Assembly: GCA_038065295.1 (NCBI GenBank)
Contig: JBBTRG010000007.1
Span: forward strand, 1-59,528
Direction of reading: 5' to 3'
From: Patescibacteria group bacterium
Lineage (GTDB): Bacteria > Patescibacteriota > Minisyncoccia > JACROR01
Length of the DNA stretch: 59,528 bases
The position numbers and the translations under genes were made by a program. Numbering within the stretch: position 1 is the stretch's first letter; every line of letters begins with the position of its first letter. The notes under the pieces were generated by a model. That model searched no databases. It saw only the letters and a list, made by a program, of their open reading frames with translations, and was not told the origin of the DNA. This document shows positions 54,274-59,528 of this stretch, one piece after another.

Positions 54274-55338
54274 ATGAGGTATCTTATACAAAACATAAAA
54301 AAAACCTGCGAAGACATAATCGTTTTGGACTTGATGCCCGCCCTCGGAGAAAAAATAATAAATTTTCTTCCCGGACAATATGCCATGCTCGCTTTTTATG
54401 ACGAATATGGGAAATTAACAAGCCCGCATGCTTTTTCCATATCCAGCTCACCCGAAGAAGTTCCTCTGATACAGTTCGGCATAAAAATAAAAGGCAGCTT
54501 CACCCAAAGCCTGGCCAAACTTACGCCCGGTAAAGAAATATTCGTATACGGCCCTTACGGAACTTTCATTTTTAATCCGGATACGGATCAAAGCGCGGTT
54601 TTTATCGCCGGAGGAGTGGGCATAACGCCGCTCCTAAGCTCTATCCGCTACGCTGCAAATAAAAAACTGCCGAATGAATTGATTCTGGTATATAGCAGCC
54701 GGAATGCCAACACCATCCTTTATTATGAAGAGATAAAAAAACTGGAAGCGGACAATCCCAACTTCAAGGCATTTTTCGCCGTAACCGACAGCGGAATTCC
54801 CGACGGTCAGGAACGCATGATAAACGAACGAGTAAGCGCAAAAATCATAAGCGCCGCCCTGAAAAATCAATTATACGGAAAAACCTTTTTTCTGTGCGGG
54901 CCGGAACCGTTTATGAAAGCCATTTCTGACGATCTTAAAAATTTGGGCGTTCCCCGGCAATTTATCAAAACGGAAGCGTTTTCCATGATACCGGCCTTGC
55001 CCCTTAAAGAAAACCTGCTTAATTTGGCGTTAATCTACGGAGGCTCTGCGGCACTCATGGTCGCCATAACTTTATGGATTTACAATATTGAAAGTGTCCG
55101 CGCCACGGATAATCCCTACGCTAAAACCGACCTGCTCTATAGTCTGCAACAAATGCAAGAACTGCAAAAAAATATGTTCAAAGAGCAAACTTCGGCCAAA
55201 CCGCCTGCCACCCCTCCTGTAAACGAACCGCCGACACCGGCCTACAACATACCGGCCGTTCCCGCGCCGAGTTATACGCCGCCAGCTCCGGCCGTCAATT
55301 ACCAAACGACCATCAAACCGCGCACCACGGTATCATAA
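54274..55338 (+). CDS. FNR-like FAD/NAD(P)-binding oxidoreductase with C-terminal TM anchor and Pro-rich tail
   Basis: PGQYAML, HAFSISS (RxYS-type), GGVGITP and LCGP motifs. Then TM LALIYGGSAALMVAITLWIY and PPATPPVNEPPTPAYNIPAVPAP. Confidence 0.8.
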   Translation: MRYLIQNIKKTCEDIIVLDLMPALGEKIINFLPGQYAMLAFYDEYGKLTSPHAFSISSSPEEVPLIQFGIKIKGSFTQSLAKLTPGKEIFVYGPYGTFIFNPDTDQSAVFIAGGVGITPLLSSIRYAANKKLPNELILVYSSRNANTILYYEEIKKLEADNPNFKAFFAVTDSGIPDGQERMINERVSAKIISAALKNQLYGKTFFLCGPEPFMKAISDDLKNLGVPRQFIKTEAFSMIPALPLKENLLNLALIYGGSAALMVAITLWIYNIESVRATDNPYAKTDLLYSLQQMQELQKNMFKEQTSAKPPATPPVNEPPTPAYNIPAVPAPSYTPPAPAVNYQTTIKPRTTVS

Positions 55339-55352
55339 CCGTAAAAATTTTT

Positions 55353-56288
55353 ATGGACTTTACGGAAAAATTCAAAGCCTTAGGCACGGAAATCATAATC
55401 TGCGCAGAAATCCCACAAAAAAAATGCGGCGTTTTTCCAAACATTAAAAAAATATTTTATGATTTTGAAAAAAAATTCAGTCGCTTCCAGCCTGCAAGCG
55501 AACTAAGCCGAATGAATCAATGTTCTGGAAAAGAATTCAATGCCAGCCCCCTGATGATAGAAATAATGCGCCTCGCGAAAACCGCTCATAAAAAAACTAG
55601 TGGCATATTTAATCCAGCCGTTTTAAATATCTTGGAAAATTTGGGGTACGATAAAAATTTCGAAGATATCGGCGGAATAAATCAAAACCAACCTGCTTCC
55701 GCAAAAATTTATACCGTAAAAAACAGCGCCTTTACCGGCATAAAAATAAATAAAATGGCCGGAAAAATAAAAATGCCAAAGGGATTGAGAATAGACCTGG
55801 GAGGCATTGGCAAAGGCTTCGTAGTCGATTTAGTTTCGCAAAAACTTAAAAAATACTCCGCGAACTTCTGGATTTCGGCCGGCGGAGACATGATTTTTTA
55901 TGGCACCAATCACGGGCAAAAATGGCGCGTAGGCGTGCAAAATCCGCTCCGCCATGAAAATGATATAATGGAGGTGGAGATGCCGGAAAAAATGCCCGCC
56001 ATAGCCACTTCAGGTATTACCAAAAGGGTATGGCGCCAAAACGGCCAAGCTTACCATCATATTATAGATCCGCGCACCAGTCTGCCGGCAAACAACCGCC
56101 TGCTCGCAGCCACCGTGGTAGCTCATAACGCCTGGTGGGCCGATGTTTTAGCCAAGTCAGCGCTTATTTTAGGCGTAGAAGAAGGCTTAAAAATGATTAA
56201 TAACGAAAAAAATGCCGAAGGAGTTTTGATAGACAGCGATCTGCGTATGTATTTTTCTGATAATATGCCAAAATTGGCGCAAATATGA
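55353..56288 (+). CDS. apbE: FAD:protein FMN transferase (ApbE family)
   Basis: FSRFQPASELSRMN, GIFNPAV, DLGGIGKG and HHIIDPRT motifs. Confidence 0.88.
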   Translation: MDFTEKFKALGTEIIICAEIPQKKCGVFPNIKKIFYDFEKKFSRFQPASELSRMNQCSGKEFNASPLMIEIMRLAKTAHKKTSGIFNPAVLNILENLGYDKNFEDIGGINQNQPASAKIYTVKNSAFTGIKINKMAGKIKMPKGLRIDLGGIGKGFVVDLVSQKLKKYSANFWISAGGDMIFYGTNHGQKWRVGVQNPLRHENDIMEVEMPEKMPAIATSGITKRVWRQNGQAYHHIIDPRTSLPANNRLLAATVVAHNAWWADVLAKSALILGVEEGLKMINNEKNAEGVLIDSDLRMYFSDNMPKLAQI

Positions 56289-56929
56289 AGAAAGCTTATA
56301 AAAATATTTTTATAATATATTTTTTAAACTCCGTTCTTCTGGCGGCCCCCTTCGCCTTGATGGCCGCCGACGGGAGCTTTGCGCCCGCCACCCCGTCATT
56401 ACCTTGGGCCTGGATTTTTACCAGAGCCGCGGGCATCGTAGGATATATCCTGCTTTCCGCCTTAACCCTATCTGGGCTGGGCATCAAAACCGGCCTAATT
56501 TATAAATTTATAGATCCCGTACCGGCATGGATCATGCATAAATATCTGGGAATCTCTACCGCATTTGCCATCCTAGTGCATTTGATTTCGCTGCTTTTAG
56601 ATCCGTTTCTTAAATTCAGCCTTTATGAAGTGCTGGTTCCTTTCGCCTCAGGCTATAAAAGCATGTATGTGGCCTTGGGCATAATAGGATTTTACATGTT
56701 TGTGGCTGTTATCTTCAGTTCAATATTTTTATTCATGAAGCCGTACTTATTATGGAGACTGCTCCATTATCTGCCGTATCCGATTTTCGTAGTGATATTT
56801 TTGCATGGCATTTTCACCGGCACGGACAGTTCGGTTCCGTTTATGATATGGCTTTACTGGATAACCGGCTTGCTGGTAGCCGCCTTAAGCGCCTATAGAA
56901 TTTATTTATCCCTTAAACGCACAGCTTAA
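56285..56929 (+). CDS. ferric-reductase-like transmembrane (bis-heme) domain protein
   Basis: 6 TM. His pairs HKYLGISTAFAILVH (13 residues between) and HYLPYPIFVVIFLH (12 residues between), the NOX/FRE heme-ligand spacing. Confidence 0.75.
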   Translation: MKKAYKNIFIIYFLNSVLLAAPFALMAADGSFAPATPSLPWAWIFTRAAGIVGYILLSALTLSGLGIKTGLIYKFIDPVPAWIMHKYLGISTAFAILVHLISLLLDPFLKFSLYEVLVPFASGYKSMYVALGIIGFYMFVAVIFSSIFLFMKPYLLWRLLHYLPYPIFVVIFLHGIFTGTDSSVPFMIWLYWITGLLVAALSAYRIYLSLKRTA

Positions 56930-57427
56930 ATGTGGTCCAAAAAAAATAAAATAATAATCGCCCTGATGTTTACGGCCGTTTTAATCATATCAATAACGGC
57001 GTTTGTTACGGCTAAAAAATTAAACCCGGATTTTAATTTTTATGAATTAATGCGGCCCCATCTTCCCAGCGGCGCGCTGGAAATTATTTTTTCCAAGCCG
57101 CAATATGTTTTGGACGAAGAAATATTTTTCGGCGTATTGAATAAAACCAACCAGGCTCTGCGCATAGAAAACGAATGTCCGGGAGAACCGTTGGAAGTTT
57201 ATCGCCTGGAAAACAATATCTGGACGCACCTTAAAAATCAGGCGAATATTATATGCAAATCAACCAAAGACATAATCATACAGCCTTACGAACTTAAAGG
57301 GTCTTCTTATATGCCATGGCAGGGCGTTATTTTTGCCGTTCCGGGCAAATACAAAATAGAGCTCAAGGTAGAAGGGTACGGCAACAAATTCGAAAAAGAA
57401 TTCGAAATAGTCGCCCGCCCCCTTTAA
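56930..57427 (+). CDS. membrane-anchored hypothetical extracytoplasmic protein
   Basis: 165 aa with an N-terminal TM and a beta-rich body with 2 Cys. Its start abuts the stop of the preceding gene. Confidence 0.6.
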   Translation: MWSKKNKIIIALMFTAVLIISITAFVTAKKLNPDFNFYELMRPHLPSGALEIIFSKPQYVLDEEIFFGVLNKTNQALRIENECPGEPLEVYRLENNIWTHLKNQANIICKSTKDIIIQPYELKGSSYMPWQGVIFAVPGKYKIELKVEGYGNKFEKEFEIVARPL

Positions 57428-57438
57428 TCGCCTAAATT

Positions 57439-58803
57439 TTATTCGTGCGCCGGTTCATGGATCGCCTTGCGCGCTTCACGCCCGTCATTCCACGGCATGC
57501 GCGACCCTTTAGGCCCCATAATGACCGGCTCCGAACCCTTGCCGGTAATAATCACCGTATCTGCGGAGGCCGCAGACCATACGGCTTTTTTAATGGCTTC
57601 TCCTCTGTCTAAAATTTTGTAAAGGCGTGCGGCTTTGTCAGACAAGCTTGCTGCCTGAAAAAAACCCTTCTCTATTTCATCAATAATCGCCTGAGGATCT
57701 TCGTCATAAGGGTCTTCATTGGTTAAAATAACCGTATCGCAATGCTTCGCCGCGATTTTTCCGAATTCTTGCCTCTTCCATTTGTCCCTGCCTCCTCCCG
57801 CGGAACCCAAAACGCATATCATTTTAGCCGACCGCGCGACCGAAAACGGAACGGTTTCTTTAAGCGTTTTGTAAACTTTTTCCAGAGAATCCGGCGTATG
57901 AGCGTAATCCACCACTACCCTGAAGGGCTGGCTTTCATTTATAAACTCCATTCTGCCGGGCACGGTTTTAAAACCAGCAAACGCCCGCTTTATTTTATCC
58001 GAGGAGATATTAAGCACCCTTGCCACGCTCAAAGCCGCCAGAGCGTTATAAACATTAAATTCCCCGACAAGCGGCAAAATAAATTTTTCTTTTTCCACAA
58101 TGAATTCAACGCGTCGGGCGTCCATTTTCACATCCGACGCTTCAATCATCCGCCCGGCCACCAATTTATATTTATTTTCACGGCTAGCTGCCGAAGATTT
58201 TATTCCATAACCTATCTTTTCCGGCGCAATTGATTTTTCAAAAAATAATTCCGCGCTGGGATCGTCCGCGTTTATGACGCTTACTTTGTGCGGAACTTGA
58301 AATAAATTTAATTTGGCGGCGCAATATTTTGCGAAACCGCCGTGCGATTCTATGTGTTCAGGCGTAATGTTGGTAAATACCAATATGTCCCATTTAATAT
58401 TTTTATGGCGAAATTGCCTTATGCCCTCTGATGTTGCCTCAATGATAGCGTGCGTGGCTTTTTCTTTTTTTGCCTGCGCCAAAAATTTTTGCAAGATAAA
58501 ACGGCCGGGCATGGTCATTTTCAATTCATTGGGCCATTCCCGTTCTCCTATTTTGAAACGAACCGAAGACACCGAAGCCGCTTTTATGCCGGATTCGCTT
58601 AAAATCGCGTCAAGTAAATTAACCACGGTGGATTTGCCGTTGGTGCCGGTTACACCTATAATCGTTAAACTCCGCGAAGGATAGCCGTACCAAAACGCGC
58701 CAATCGCCCCCAAAAACCAATGATAAAACGGCTGAAGCATGCTAAATAAACGCCCGGGAATCAATTTTTTCCCTATTCTTAAAAATTTTTCCAACATAAA
58801 CAT
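57439..58803 (-). CDS. murE: Mur ligase, MurE-like (UDP-MurNAc-L-Ala-D-Glu:diamino acid ligase)
   Basis: GVTGTNGKST P-loop, DYAHTPDSL, and LTNEDPYDEDP (counterpart of the MurE DNPR region). Start taken at an internal ATG after the upstream gene's stop. Confidence 0.8.
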   Translation of the reverse strand: MFMLEKFLRIGKKLIPGRLFSMLQPFYHWFLGAIGAFWYGYPSRSLTIIGVTGTNGKSTVVNLLDAILSESGIKAASVSSVRFKIGEREWPNELKMTMPGRFILQKFLAQAKKEKATHAIIEATSEGIRQFRHKNIKWDILVFTNITPEHIESHGGFAKYCAAKLNLFQVPHKVSVINADDPSAELFFEKSIAPEKIGYGIKSSAASRENKYKLVAGRMIEASDVKMDARRVEFIVEKEKFILPLVGEFNVYNALAALSVARVLNISSDKIKRAFAGFKTVPGRMEFINESQPFRVVVDYAHTPDSLEKVYKTLKETVPFSVARSAKMICVLGSAGGGRDKWKRQEFGKIAAKHCDTVILTNEDPYDEDPQAIIDEIEKGFFQAASLSDKAARLYKILDRGEAIKKAVWSAASADTVIITGKGSEPVIMGPKGSRMPWNDGREARKAIHEPAHE

Positions 58804-58825
58804 CAACTTGAAACGAAGGACGCCA

Positions 58826-59320
58826 TCAAGGCTTATGCACAATACTGCCTATATAAATCAAGATGACAGCCACGCCATTAGTCATTATAACTTTAAGCGG
58901 CATCCCTATTACATATTGATCCGAAAAAATGGTAAACAAAAGCGCCAGCGCTAAAAATATCGCCCAAAAAGCCACGAAAAATTCCCCTTTGTGCAAATGT
59001 TCCAGGCGCCCACTTTTTTTGCGGTATTCCTTCAAAATAGTGTACATGGCCACCGCTCCCAAATAAGGCTCGGAGAATGCATTTACGAAAAACGTCAATA
59101 CCTTATGCTCATCCCAGGCTCTGCCGAAATAAAGCCAGGCCAGCGAAAAAAGATAAAAATAAGTGAAAATGCCGAGAAAAAAGAATAAAACATCCAACAT
59201 TTCCTGAAAAAGCGCCCTGGTCATTTCCTTTTTAATGGAAAACTTCTTTTTCTCTTTCTTTTTATGCTTATGACCGACTTCTACGGAGTCCGCATCAAGC
59301 ATTAAGTGAAACCATGTCAT
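58826..59320 (-). CDS. hypothetical membrane protein
   Basis: 164 aa with a K-rich N-terminal segment then 4 TM helices. Confidence 0.55.
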   Translation of the reverse strand: MTWFHLMLDADSVEVGHKHKKKEKKKFSIKKEMTRALFQEMLDVLFFFLGIFTYFYLFSLAWLYFGRAWDEHKVLTFFVNAFSEPYLGAVAMYTILKEYRKKSGRLEHLHKGEFFVAFWAIFLALALLFTIFSDQYVIGMPLKVIMTNGVAVILIYIGSIVHKP

Positions 59321-59321
59321 T

Positions 59322-59528
59322 TTAGTGTTTGCCTAAAACTTTTAATGCCGCTTTTATTCTTTGTTCCACGCTCTTCGCATCCGAACCAACCTCTTGAAGA
59401 GCTCCGCGTATTTCTTTGAGGGAGTAGCCCATGGACTCCAAGGCTCCGATAACATCCCCGTCGCCTTCCAACATGCCAGATGCCGCGCCCAATCCTCTGC
59501 CAAATTTATCTTTCAATTCTACGATGAT
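59322..59528 (-). CDS. ruvA: Holliday junction branch-migration protein RuvA, C-terminal part (5' end beyond window)
   Basis: DVIGALESMGYSLKEIRGALQEV... matches RuvA domain III. The reading frame stays open to the window edge. Confidence 0.7.
   Translation of the reverse strand: MIVELKDKFGRGLGAASGMLEGDGDVIGALESMGYSLKEIRGALQEVGSDAKSVEQRIKAALKVLGKH

Overview
This window reads like a gene-dense, mostly minus-strand segment of a small, streamlined bacterial genome. It resembles Patescibacteria/CPR, but that is an inference from gene content only. The core (24.8-39.6 kb) is a complete str/S10/spc ribosomal superoperon: rpsL-rpsG-fusA-tuf-rpsJ-rplCDWB-rpsS-rplV-rpsC-rplP-rpmC-rpsQ-rplNXE-rpsN(Z)-rpsH-rplFR-rpsE-rplO-secY. 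There is no rpmD (L30). Two tandem adenylate-kinase-like genes, map and ruvX follow it. The left part carries a small glycoside cluster (partial GH, DMT transporter, GH1), thiI, a beta-CASP RNase and a DNA-uptake/nucleotide-salvage neighbourhood. That neighbourhood holds NUDIX, ndk, ComEC split into separate MBL and channel genes, guanine deaminase, RNase HI and recJ. Next come a Kv-type K+ channel, pgk-tpiA, a GalT-like gene and a GT2 gene. The right part has an M50 protease, rpmB, tRNA-Pro(GGG), a 649-aa secreted Cys-rich repeat protein, PEBP, HtrA, tRNA-Lys(CUU), YkuK plus a DEDD-exonuclease-WYL fusion, DoxX and an LTD protein. It continues with a SpoU methyltransferase, a SIMPL protein, RtcB-archease, an FNR-like/ApbE/ferric-reductase-TM cluster, murE and the 3' end of ruvA. 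I saw no rRNA, CRISPR array, transposase or integrase. The most unusual items are: (1) a roughly 2.2-kb low-GC insertion bounded by a perfect 98-bp direct repeat that duplicates the 5' end of the ComEC-MBL gene; (2) a rearranged tRNA-Lys locus with 3' and 5' tRNA fragments, hairpin insertions and a 20-nt palindromic element shared with the tRNA-Pro locus; (3) the Cys-rich repeat surface protein; (4) a split NOX-like redox module with ApbE; (5) an exonuclease-WYL fusion next to YkuK; (6) two unclassified structured-RNA candidates. All calls come from reading the ORF-track translations and the sequence by eye. No database search was run.
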